The notes under the pieces were generated by a model. That model searched no databases. It was not told the origin of the DNA and saw nothing but the letters and a program-made list of their open reading frames with translations. The position numbers and the translations under genes are program-made. A DNA stretch of 63,976 bases, filler included, from Octopus bimaculoides (Eukaryota), in the NCBI RefSeq assembly GCF_001194135.2. It is 12 parts of 9 records of this genome, joined end to end, with 100 filler letters (N's around TTAATTAATTAA, not from the genome) between each part and the next. Parts side by side here need not be neighbours in the genome. Positions count along the whole stretch, not along the records: positions 49,193 to 54,934 come from NC_068985.1; positions 55,035 to 57,864 come from NW_026296462.1; positions 57,965 to 60,536 come from NC_068995.1; positions 60,637 to 62,633 come from NC_068982.1; 8 more parts are not named here. One strand, given 5' to 3'. Below are positions 50,442-61,231 of the stretch, in pieces (position 1 is the stretch's first letter; every line of letters begins with the position of its first letter).

Positions 50442-50690
50442 CCCAGTGGTTAGGGTGTCGCACTCACGATCGCTAGATCGTGGGTTCGATTTCCAGACGA
50501 GGCGGCGCATTGTGTTCTTGAGCAAAGCACTTCATTCACGATGCTTCAGTCCCCCTTTCGATCAGCGGGGAATGATGGCCTGCTCGCTAATCAGTAGTGT
50601 GGTGTCATTGGAAGACTAAAAAGTGAAGCCAGTGCATTGTGACCAACGATGTGCAACCACAACTGATAATCTGGTCCGTCATGTGATCAC
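50442..50690 (+). mobile_element. tRNA SINE (same family as 37383-37526)
   Basis: GGCGCGCGGCCCAGTGGTTAGGG...GGGTTCGATTTCC...TTGTGTTCTTGAGCAAAGCACTT. Confidence 0.8.
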
Positions 50691-50784
50691 TTATTCTATG
50701 CATAGCCCTCTACGCGAGTCCAACTTCATTATCTACGCTCCATCTTGCATATCAGATGGCAGGATCGCATTCTTGGTGTAGAGG

Positions 50785-51215
50785 TCTGTGTTTTTATTAC
50801 ACATGCGGGTTAACATAGAGGGGACAAAACAAAACATGTGGGACATAAAACATATATAAAAAAAAACAGAAATGAATGTTATAATGTATGAAAACATGAA
50901 TATGATAAAATGGAAATGGAACCACTCGCCCCATCTACGAGCGGCCCCATTTTCTACCTTTTAAACCCTGAACCCTCTAACACATTTATACCTGTTTCCT
51001 CCAACCACCTATCGTACGTCGTAAAGTCTGGGAATGAGCTCCAGCTTCAGTCCACCTCCCAAAAACAAAATCCAACTATATATTCTTCTATTTTTCTTCT
51101 TGCTTCTTATCTGATATTACACACATGTGATGCTCCTCCACGTTATCATACCCCGCAGTTCCAATACATTTTATGTCCCATTCCACCGAATCCCTTAGCA
51201 GTTCGTCGCTAAGCA
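50785..51215 (-). mobile_element. Non-LTR element 3' end related to the tail of 5455-5930
   Basis: Shares GGGACATAAAACAT, AACATAGA.GGG and TTTATT tail motifs with 5460-5540. Confidence 0.5.
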
Positions 51216-51224
51216 TGTACATCG

Positions 51225-51690
51225 TGTACATTCTTGATGTAGAGGTCATGCGTCACACTTGGCGCAATTAGTGTGGAGGCCCTCTTTAGCTCATCGCAGC
51301 TGCGCTGGGTGGGACATGTTTGCAGTATGGAGGGCGGCCGGTTCCCAAAGGCATTTTTCTACGCTGAACTCTCAGAGCAAGAGGAGTCGTGGTGGCCAAA
51401 GGTTGCGATAACAAAGACGTGCTGCAGAATCACATAAAAAAGACTCCGGTATCCCTTCAGTCACCTGAGAGGAGAAGGCCCTGTGGCACGATGAATGGCA
51501 CCGATAACCGAAGCTCGTGATTTTAGCCATTGAGGAGAAACAACAGAGAGAATACGAGGGAGCACATGAGAGGCTTCACTTCTCCGCTGCGTGAAGTAGT
51601 TTCACCTGCAGCAGATGCCATCGCTGCTGTAGATCGAGAATAGGCCTTGTAGCCCACACGGGAGCCTGCCAGAGATGATTACTGAACAAG
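51225..51690 (+). mobile_element. RTE (BovB-type) LINE 3' fragment
   Basis: VEALFSSSQLRWVGHVCSMEGGRFPKAFFYAELS ... RCCRSRIGLVAHTGAC. Confidence 0.9.
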
Positions 51691-51708
51691 AATAATCAAG
51701 ATCGACGT

Positions 51709-51879
51709 AGCAATGTAACTACACACGTGCTGTTGGCGATTTCTTTTCTCCTTTCTGACGAAGAGCTGTGCTCGAAACGTCAAAAATTCCCTCTTTTTAC
51801 TGAGCGTTAAACTAATACGTTCCTTGTTTTTTAATTTTATTATTCATTTATTTGAATTGATTGTTTATTCGAATTAACT

Positions 51880-51940
<61 letters not shown>

Positions 51941-52598
51941 GATAGATAGATAGATAACGATGCAAATAAACAAATAAAACTGCTTTTGTTAGATATACAA
52001 AGTATACATACATGTATACGTGCAAATAGAGAGAGACAGCAAACTAAATTTTCAAACGATGAATATTCAAGTATAAATGTATAGATATTTATATATTAAC
52101 GGGGCAAACTTACACAGAATACAAAAACAGAAAATGAAAGGGGTAGAGGTATGCTGTTACAAGTCCGACAACTGTTTCTGGGGGTTCGGAGTTTCTTTAA
52201 AATGTTGGCAGATCCGGCCTCCTTCTTCAGTGTGGAGAGATAAAAACCTAACATTTCGAACTATAATGCAGAGAAATTTAAATGTACATTGGGTGAAGAA
52301 GTAGGCAAGCAGTAGTGAGTGGAGCGGGGAAGCAGGTAGCTCGATGGGTGTGTGTAGAGTGTTCCTAGCTTCAACACTCCCCATACTAGCTTAATTTTCT
52401 CCTTCCGCAGTATATCAGCAATATAACTACACACATGGTGTTGGCGATTCATTTTCCTTCTTTGGAATCTTCCCTTTCTCCTTTCCGACGAAGAACCATG
52501 CTCGAAACATCAAAAACTCTCTCTTTTTACAGAATCTCAAACTAATACATTCCTTATGGGTGTCCTCTTGTTGTCTGTTATCGTTCCTTTATTTGAAT

Positions 52599-52610
<12 letters not shown>
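51709..52610 (+). mobile_element. Two direct copies of Penelope-related family 2 (51709-51830 and 52417-52610)
   Basis: AGCAATRTAACTACACAC.TG.TGTTGGCGATT ... CTCCTTTCYGACGAAGA ... GCTCGAAACRTCAAAAA ... AAACTAATACRTTCCTT is present twice. Confidence 0.85.
51752..51784 (+). ncRNA. Minimal type I hammerhead ribozyme motif (family 2), core intact
   Basis: TTT CTGACGA A GAGC tgt GCTC GAAA CGTC AAA: CUGANGA, extra A, 4-bp stem II, GAAA, palindromic ACGU stem III, GUC triplet; stem I is only 3 bp. Confidence 0.7.
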
Positions 52611-52631
<21 letters not shown>

Positions 52632-53058
52632 NNNNNNNNNNNNNNNNNNNNNNNNNNNNNNNNNNNNNNNNNNNNNNNNNNNNNNNNNNNNNNNNNNNNN
52701 NNNNNNNNNNNNNNNNNNNNNNNNNNNNNNNNNNNNNNNNNNNNNNNNNNNNNNNNNNNNNNNNNNNNNNNNNNNNNNNNNNNNNNNNNNNNNNNNNNNN
52801 NNNNNNNNNNNNNNNNNNNNNNNNNNNNNNNNNNNNNNNNNNNNNNNNNNNNNNNNNNNNNNNNNNNNNNNNNNNNNNNNNNNNNNNNNNNNNNNNNNNN
52901 NNNNNNNNNNNNNNNNNNNNNNNNNNNNNNNNNNNNNNNNNNNNNNNNNNNNNNNNNNNNNNNNNNNNNNNNNNNNNNNNNNNNNNNNNNNNNNNNNNNN
53001 NNNNNNNNNNNNNNNNNNNNNNNNNNNNNNNNNNNNNNNNNNNNNNNNNNNNNNNNNN

Positions 53059-53130
<72 letters not shown>

Positions 53131-53224
53131 TGCATATACACAAACAACATTTGTGAAATTATGTAGAGAATTTATTAAAGAACATAACATAATGGAGAAT
53201 AACTTGTGAAATATTGATTACTAC

Positions 53225-53790
53225 GTATTGGTCGGAATGATAAATATAATTTTCTTATTTTTTCTGTAATTTTGGCATTTTTTTAATTTACATCCTCATA
53301 CTCTTCTTAGTAACTTTCATCATGTACATTTTCCAAAAATGCCTCCAATGGGGAATAAAAATCGAAAATTCATACATACAGACCAAAATATAATTATCAT
53401 ACAGTTTAGTAAAACACCTGCCATCGTTATTGACGGCACGGTAACTCTAGTATACATTAAGAATGATATACAGACGGCTATTTTAATTGAATACTACTCC
53501 AACCGGGTACACTGGATTAGAAACTCTACCTATTTTTTCAATCAATTATTTTGAGAGACCAGCATATCGATCCGCACATTGCTATTGATTAGAAATAACA
53601 TAACATGCAGCAAATTCATCTTGGTTTTCTTTTACTTATTGAAAATTTTTCCAAATACAGATTTTTATCTTGCAAATTCTTTTTATCTCTTTGCTGTCAT
53701 CGCATTGATTCGTAATAATACTTCCAAGACAGCAAATATTAGACACCACTTCAACAGTCTGATTACCAATTCTTAGAAAACTAGTGTTCC
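53225..53790 (-). mobile_element. Highly decayed mariner remnant
   Basis: Weak WKYYYE / VxLxxxNA-like fragments and a TATTGGTCGG TIR-like end. Confidence 0.3.
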
Positions 53791-54055
53791 TCTGTCGTAA
53801 AAAAAAGATGGTATTTTTTATTAATAACAGAGGTTTTACAACAAGAAAACAATATTTCTTTTTACCCTAATGTTTACTACAAATACTCACTAACACACGC
53901 ACACACACAATATATTACGTGTAATAATCCAAGGGAGATATTTTTCTGCAACCTTAACGTGTATAGGCTGTGGTTAAGAAAGGACCAGCTTCTGGAACCA
54001 GTCTCCAGACATGGGCGTTTCGAATACAATGTGATACCCTGCGTTTAGTACAATT

Positions 54056-54510
54056 ACGAGGGGTTAATTGAAAATATGTTCGCTCCGAATAATCGATACC
54101 AACCTGTACTCTCCGACAGCAGTGCGGCAAAAATACCCGGCATTGGTTTACAGAAAGCGAACTCTTCAGGAGCAAGACAATGGAAGACCTCATACAGCTC
54201 GAACGACTCGGGATTACGTCCAGGAACTTGAAGGAATCGAACTGGTGCCATACGCAGTATATAGTGCGAACCTATCCTCTCGGGTTACAACTTGTTCCGC
54301 TCCATGGCTCACTTCCTGCGCTTGCGACGCTTCGTTAAGCAAGAGGTGGTGAAGCTTCAATGGAAGAGTTCTTCGCCTCGAAGGACAAGAACTGGTATCA
54401 GGGTGGACTCAAAGAACTATCAGAAAGGTGGTTTCAGACGGTGCAACACGAAGGCTTCTATTTTCCTTGTAACTTGACGAATAAAGCTAATAAGTTATTA
54501 AAATATTGCA
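54056..54510 (+). mobile_element. Internally deleted mariner (DD34D-type C-terminus)
   Basis: QEQDNGRPHTAR...ELEGIELVPY; LFRSMAHFLR; FFASKDKNWYQGGLKELSERWFQTVQHEG; left end TACGAGGG. Confidence 0.9.
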
Positions 54511-55034
54511 ACATAATATTTTAAGAATTTTAAGCGAATTAATAAATATCAAATACAATCTGCTTTGGAAATGTATTGATTTGATTTTGTTAAATACAAT
54601 TTAGTTCTTTGCTTTCCATAGTTTATTTTATGTTTTGAATATATATTTAGGATGACTCTAGGTGATTTGGAAATCCTGAAATTTCTGGTCTCAAGATTGC
54701 CGGATACTCGATCCGCTACTGCGTGCGCGCACACACGCATATCTCACACGCACGTGCACACACACGCGCACGCACGCACACACACACACACAGAGGCACA
54801 CACACACACACAGAGGTACACACACACAGAGGTACACACACAGAGGCACACACACACAGGCACGCACGCACACACACACACACACTCACACACACACACA
54901 CACTCACACACACGCACACACACACACACACAGGNNNNNNNNNNNNNNNNNNNNNNNNNNNNNNNNNNNNNNNNNNNNTTAATTAATTAANNNNNNNNNN
55001 NNNNNNNNNNNNNNNNNNNNNNNNNNNNNNNNNN

Positions 55035-55292
55035 GGGATGGTGGCGAACCCTGCTGTACTCTTTCACCACAACTTTCTCTCTCACTCTTACTTCCTGTTT
55101 CTGTTGTGCCTGTAATTCAAAGGGTCAGCCTTGTCACACTGTGTCACGCTGAATATCCCTGAGAACTACGTTAAGGGTACACGTGTCTGTGGAGTGCTCA
55201 GCCACTTGCACGTTAATTTCACGAGCAAGCTGTTCCGTTGATCGGATCAACTGGAACCCTCGACGTCGTAAGCGACGGAGTGCCAACAACAA
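55035..55292 (+). mobile_element. tRNA SINE body with (AAC)n tail (same family as 18500-18879)
   Basis: GGTGGCGAACCCTGCTGTACTC...TTAATTTCACGAGC...GATCGGATCAACTGGAACCC...GGAGTGCCAACAACAAC; head lost in a gap. Confidence 0.9.
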
Positions 55293-55565
55293 CAAATGTA
55301 TGTATGTATGTATGTACGTTCGTACGTATGTATGTATGCATGTATGTATGTACATATATATGTATGTTCAGCATACATGGGTGAGGCGAGAAAAGTCCTC
55401 TAGCCTTGGTGAAACATGTAACGTTCAATTGACAAAGACCCTATATTCTTCTTTCACAGCGTCTCTCTTAAAAGCCCCATCGTTCACATCATTGGCTGAG
55501 AAACATTTTTCTTTTTTCTTGTATCCCTTTGAATTTGATTTCACTTTACTAACTACAGCGCCATA

Positions 55566-56740
55566 AGAGAGGGTGCTGAAGAATCCCTGACCTTAATGGT
55601 TTCGCGAATGTCCTGGTTGGAGGCCAAACATTCCCAGTTCTATAACAAAGCTTAGAAAAGCTGAGGGGGCCACTGTAATAAGAATGTGAATCTCAGAGGG
55701 AGATATCGTGAATAAAATCATAATTAACTGATTCTCCTGTATTTTGTTTTACCCAAAACCTCCACCACCTCATATATANNNNNNNNNNNNNNNNNNNNNN
55801 NNNNNNNNNNNNNNNNNNNNNNNNNNNNNNNNNNNNNNNNNNNNNNNNNNNNNNNNNNNNNNNNNNNNNNNNNNNNNNNNNNNNNNNNNNNNNNNNNNNN
55901 NNNNNNNNNNNNNNNNNNNNNNNNNNNNNNNNNNNNNNNNNNNNNNNNNNNNNNNNNNNNNNNNNNNNNNNNNNNNNNNNNNNNNNNNNNNNNNNNNNNN
56001 NNNNNNNNNNNNNNNNNNNNNNNNNNNNNNNNNNNNNNNNNNNNNNNNNNNNNNNNNNNNNNNNNNNNNNNNNNNNNNNNNNNNNNNNNNNNNNNNNNNN
56101 NNNNNNNNNNNNNNNNNNNNNNNNNNNNNNNNNNNNNNNNNNNNNNNNNNNNNNNNNNNNNNNNNNNNNNNNNNNNNNNNNNNNNNNNNNNNNNNNNNNN
56201 NNNNNNNNNNNNNNNNNNNNNNNNNNNNNNNNNNNNNNNNNNNNNNNNNNNNNNNNNNNNNNNNNNNNNNNNNNNNNNNNNNNNNNNNNNNNNNNNNNNN
56301 NNNNNNNNNNNNNNNNNNNNNNNNNNNNNNNNNNNNNNNNNNNNNNNNNNNNNNNNNNNNNNNNNNNNNNNNNNNNNNNNNNNNNNNNNNNNNNNNNNNN
56401 NNNNNNNNNNNNNNNNNNNNNNNNNNNNNNNNNNNNNNNNNNNNNNNNNNNNNNNNNNNNNNNNNNNNNNNNNNNNNNNNNNNNNNNNNNNNNNNNATAT
56501 ATATATATATATATATATATACGCTACGGTTTGTCGAAAAGTACCTGACTTTAAGGATATCACGAAAAGCCTTGTTGGAGGCCCCCATCTTTCTGAGTTC
56601 TTTTACAGGACTTAAGAAGACTGGAGGCCCACTGCAATAGGTGTGTGAATCTGAGATGGGAATATGTTGAATAAAATCATAACCACCCGATCGTCCTGTA
56701 TTTTCTTGTACCCAAAGCCAGGAGCGGTTTAGCAACCCCT
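55566..56740 (+). mobile_element. Two more copies of the ~225-bp mariner MITE (55566-55775 and 56521-56740)
   Basis: Both share TGGTTGGA/TTGTTGGA, CACTG.AATA.G..TGTGAATCT.AGA and GAATAAAATCATAA...TCCTGTATTTT with 47393-47617. Confidence 0.75.
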
Positions 56741-57062
56741 TCTCCAAAGACCCGGTTGTATTTTTATAATTAAATATTATCAAGAACTCTGAAAGTAGAG
56801 AAGTACGAAATGACGCTAAGCAATTTGTGCGACGCGCTGACGATTTTGCCAGCTCAGCTCCTTTTTGCTTTTAATAATAATGTTTAAGTCGGTGAGCTGG
56901 CAGAATCCTGAGCCCGTCGGACAAAACGCTTAACGACATTTCGTCTGTCTTTACGTTCTGATATGCTGAGGTCAAACTTGTCTTCCATCACTTCGAGGTC
57001 GATAAATAAAGAACACAAGGGTTGATGTCATCAACTTACGTGGTTTGATCAATAAGTATTTG

Positions 57063-57297
57063 GATGCCATGGTAACGAACCTAAATCAGGCAGAGTGAAG
57101 CCGCTAGACAAAGGTTGACCTTCAACTCTGCCATGCATGCGCCGATCACACGCTACACACCTTCCTTCCAAGCACTGCTGTAAACAGCGGAAGTAAGCTA
57201 GAACGTTAAAATTTAGTGCACATACAGATCAGAGGTCAAGGTTAATCTTTGCTAAGCGGCTTTACTCTACCTGCTTTAGCTTCGTTAGCATGGCAAC
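57063..57297. mobile_element. MITE-like element with 66-bp inverted arms
   Basis: 57065-57130 matches the reverse complement of 57230-57295 at 54/66; 99-bp spacer; no clean TSD. Confidence 0.8.
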
Positions 57298-57357
57298 AGT
57301 TTGGATTATTCAGACCTCCTAATCCTATGTAATCGATTATTTTTTTCTATAAGTACA

Positions 57358-57449
57358 ATGCCTATAGAAGAAAATGCCTATAGAAGAAATGCCTATAGAA
57401 GAAATGCCTATAGAAGAAATGCCTATAGAAGAAATGCCTATAGAAGAAA
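57358..57449. repeat. 15-bp tandem repeat ATGCCTATAGAAGAA x6
   Basis: Units start at 57358, 57374, 57389, 57404, 57419 and 57434; essentially identical. Confidence 0.95.
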
Positions 57450-57964
57450 ATATTACTATAGATTTCAAAATTTGGCACAATGCCAGTAGATTCGGTGAAG
57501 GGGTTAAGTCGATTAAATCGACCCCAGTGTTCAAATGGTACTTAATTTATTGACCCCCAAAAGGATGAAAGGCAAGTCGAACTCAGCAGTGGAATTTGAA
57601 CTCAGAACGTGAAGCCAAAAGCCGTGTCACTAAGCATTTCGCTCGACGTGTTAACGATTCTGCCAGGTCGCCTACCTCGCATACATACATCGAATGGCTA
57701 TCGCGATCCGGTAGGTGAAAATAGGGATGGACGCGATTCAAAACAAAAAATATGGCTGACAGCCAATGATGTGAACGCTTGGGCGTTTAAGACAGACGCT
57801 ATGAAAGAAAAATACAGAGGCCTTTTCAAATAAACTTCACATGTGTCACCAAGTCAAGGGGACTNNNNNNNNNNNNNNNNNNNNNNNNNNNNNNNNNNNN
57901 NNNNNNNNTTAATTAATTAANNNNNNNNNNNNNNNNNNNNNNNNNNNNNNNNNNNNNNNNNNNN

Positions 57965-58066
<102 letters not shown>

Positions 58067-58462
58067 ATATATCGAGAATACAATATAGGCATGAAACGCT
58101 AAAGACGTGTGTGTGTTAATATATATAAGGATAAAAAAAAACACTCACAGTTGGACAGGAAAATGAACAGAATAAAATAAAATGAACAGGAATAATGAAA
58201 AATAGCGAAGCAGAACAAATCTAAGTTTAACTCTCTTACACACACACGCAAACACACATACACACACACACGCACGCACAACACACACACATACTCACAC
58301 ACATATTTATACTTATCCGTGTGTGTATATGTGTATATTTATAATCTTGTGTGTTTGTTTCTAAGAGCAAGTCTTGCAGATGCAAATTATGTTACGCTAT
58401 ATTGCAGTAGAGTGTTATGTGTGTGGTTTGTGTATTTGTGCTTGTGCGTTCATGCATGTGTT

Positions 58463-58556
<94 letters not shown>

Positions 58557-58619
58557 CATATGTATTGAGACGAGTCAAAAGTCTTGCAGTATTTGCATAC
58601 GTGCTAGTTTGTGTACATA

Positions 58620-59392
58620 CCACGTGACGGAAGCAGTTCAAAGTCTGATAGGTACTCGTTGAGTTTTGTAGTTTCATGGTAGTTGGTGCGCTGGTATGTT
58701 GTGCATTGCTGCACTCTCTATGTGATTTGAAAATCACAAAGAAGATGGTGCAACGTAGTCTAATTCGGTAACTTATGCTTTACGAGTTCGTACCAGACCA
58801 TAATATCGCAGAAGTAACCGAAAACATTTGCTGTGTGAAAGTTGAAGGCATAGTTGATAACAGTACAGTAAGCAGATAGTTCGAGAAATTTCCCTTGGGT
58901 TGCAAGAGCCTCGACCATTAAGCAGCGTCAGGTAGATCTAAAACCGTGGAGTCCGAAGCCGTGCTCCGAGCCATAAAGGCAAATCCTGTTAGTATCACTC
59001 GGAGAGTATCGGGTGAGCTCGGCATCTCACTTTTGTATGTTACTGTGCGGCAGAAGTATGTGGCATTGATTAACAGAAAGCGACAACTTCTGCAGCAAGT
59101 CAACGCAAAACCTCATAGCGCTCGAATGACCCGGAATAAATTCTATGATCTTGATGGAACAGAACTGATGCCACACCCAGCAAATGGCTCAGACCTAGCT
59201 TTCAGTGAAGGAGTTTTGCGCCTCCGGAGACAAGAACTGGTATCATCGTAGGATCAAAGAACTGGCAGAAAGTTGGCTTCAGACGGTCCAACACGATGGC
59301 CACCACTCTGAATGCACAGTTGCTTTCGTTGTAACTTGACAAACACGGCAAATAAGTTACCAAAATGCCGCAAAACTTTTCAATCCGCACAG
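58620..59392 (+). mobile_element. Internally deleted mariner (N-terminal HTH joined to the C-terminus)
   Basis: MLYEF...NICCVKVEGIVD; SGRSKTVESEAVLRAIKANP..TRRVSGELGIS joined to QQVNAKPHSAR...ELMPHPANGSDLA ... KELAESWLQTVQHDG. Confidence 0.85.
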
Positions 59393-59616
59393 TACACACA
59401 TGCATGTGTATATGCATATAAACATATACATGCATACGTATATAAATACATATATGCATATATATATATATATATATANNNNNNNNNNNNNNNNNNNNNN
59501 NNNNNNNNNNNNNNNNNNNNNNNNNNNNNNNNNNNNNNNNNNNNNNNNNNNNNNNNNNNNNNNNNNNNNNNNNNNNNNNNNNNNNNNNNNNNNNNNNNNN
59601 NNNNNNNNNNNNNNNN

Positions 59617-59680
<64 letters not shown>

Positions 59681-59831
59681 GTGTGAATATATGTTTATGC
59701 ATTCATGCATATAGATAAGTGCTTGGTGACTGGTTTACAGAAGTCTGTTCATTACTAATTCAGTCCCTTAACCAGACCTGATATATATACATATGTGTGT
59801 GTGAGTGTATATGTGTGCGTGTGTGTATATT

Positions 59832-59888
<57 letters not shown>

Positions 59889-59946
59889 GCGTGTGTGTGT
59901 TTGTGTATGTGTGTATGTATGTATATATATATGTGTATATATATAT

Positions 59947-59977
<31 letters not shown>

Positions 59978-60106
59978 TTAGAGAGATAGATAGATAGAGA
60001 GAGAGAAAGAGAGAGAGATAAAGAGTGGTTCTTACGTAATACATACAGTAAGCAGTTGCAGTTATATACTTCAACTGGTTTCCTTTAGCTTTTGTCTACA
60101 CGTATA

Positions 60107-60520
60107 TACTCTTTTACTCTTTTACTCTTTTACTCGTTTCAGTCATTTGACTGCGGCCATGCTGCAGCACTGCCTTTAGTTGAGCAAATCCACCCCAGGA
60201 CTTATTCTTTGTAAGCCTAGTACTTATTCTATCGGTATCTTTCGCCGAACCGCTAGGTTACGGGACGTAAACACACCAGCTCCGGTTGTCAAGCGATATT
60301 GGGGTAGGAGGACAAACGCAGACACACAAACACACACATATATATACATATGTATATATACGACGGGCTTCTTTCAGTTTCCGTCTACCAAATCCACTCA
60401 TAAGGCTTTGGTCGACCCCAGGCTATAGCAGAAGTCACTTGCCCAAGGTGACACACAGTGGGACTGAACTCGGAACCATGTGGTTCGCAAGCAAACTACT
60501 TACCACACAGCCACTCCTAC
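60107..60520 (-). mobile_element. Full-length CORE-type SINE (OR2-like)
   Basis: Head (GTAGGAGTGGCTGTGTGGTAAG), CORE-like CACCTTGGGCAAGTG, TA/CA hinge, and a tail ending in (AGTAAAAG)n. Confidence 0.92.
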
Positions 60521-60641
60521 GTCTGAATATATATATNNNNNNNNNNNNNNNNNNNNNNNNNNNNNNNNNNNNNNNNNNNNTTAATTAATTAANNNNNNNN
60601 NNNNNNNNNNNNNNNNNNNNNNNNNNNNNNNNNNNNCCATC

Positions 60642-60906
60642 TGTTATGTTTCCCTCGGACTGACTCGCAGAGATAACATAACGAGTTATACAATTTAATT
60701 ATTACATTTATTGTTCAATTACATACAAAGAACGCACTCACCCAATGTTCGTTATGAATAAACAAAAGTCATGTCCGCCATATATATATCAATGACATTT
60801 TACTACGACAGTCCCACAAGACAACAACAATGAAACAATGAACTCAGACGAACCACATGACACACGGAACGTCAGACGAATTACATAACTAACAGTCCAT
60901 ATAACA
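60642..60906 (-). mobile_element. Solo LTR (265 bp) inserted into a CORE SINE
   Basis: Termini TGTTAT...ATAACA; 5-bp TSD CCATC at 60637-41 and 60907-11; on the minus strand a TATA-like tract (60781-89) precedes AATAAA (~60707-12). Confidence 0.8.
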
Positions 60907-61146
60907 CCATCGGTTGTCAAGCGATGTTGGGGAGACAAACACAGACACACAAACACACACATATATATATATATACATATATACGACGGGCTTCTTTCAG
61001 TTTCCGTTTACCAAATCCACTCACAAGGATTTGGTCGGCCCGAGGCTATAGTAGAAGACACTTGCCCAAGGTGCCACGCAGTGGGACTGAACCCGGAACC
61101 ATGTGGTTGGTAAGCAAGCTACTTACCACACAGCCACTCCCGCGCC
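60907..61146 (-). mobile_element. CORE-type SINE head and partial body, interrupted by the solo LTR
   Basis: CCATCGGTTGTCAAGCGATG...GACGGGCTTCTTTCAGTTTCCG...CACAGCCACTCCCGCGCC. Confidence 0.92.

Positions 61147-61147
<1 letters not shown>

Positions 61148-61231
<84 letters not shown>
61148..61231. repeat. (ATT)16(AAT)12 head-to-head microsatellite containing a 72-bp perfect palindrome
   Basis: Centre at 61195/61196; arms 61160-61195 and 61196-61231. Confidence 0.95.

Larger units (their letters stand above)
56887..57675. mobile_element. Two Meta-like SINEs in opposite orientation (56887-57050 plus; 57462-57675 minus)
   Basis: GGTGAGCTGGCAGAATC...GAGGTCGATAAA, and its reverse complement ending GATTCTGCCAGGTCGCCT. 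Confidence 0.8.
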
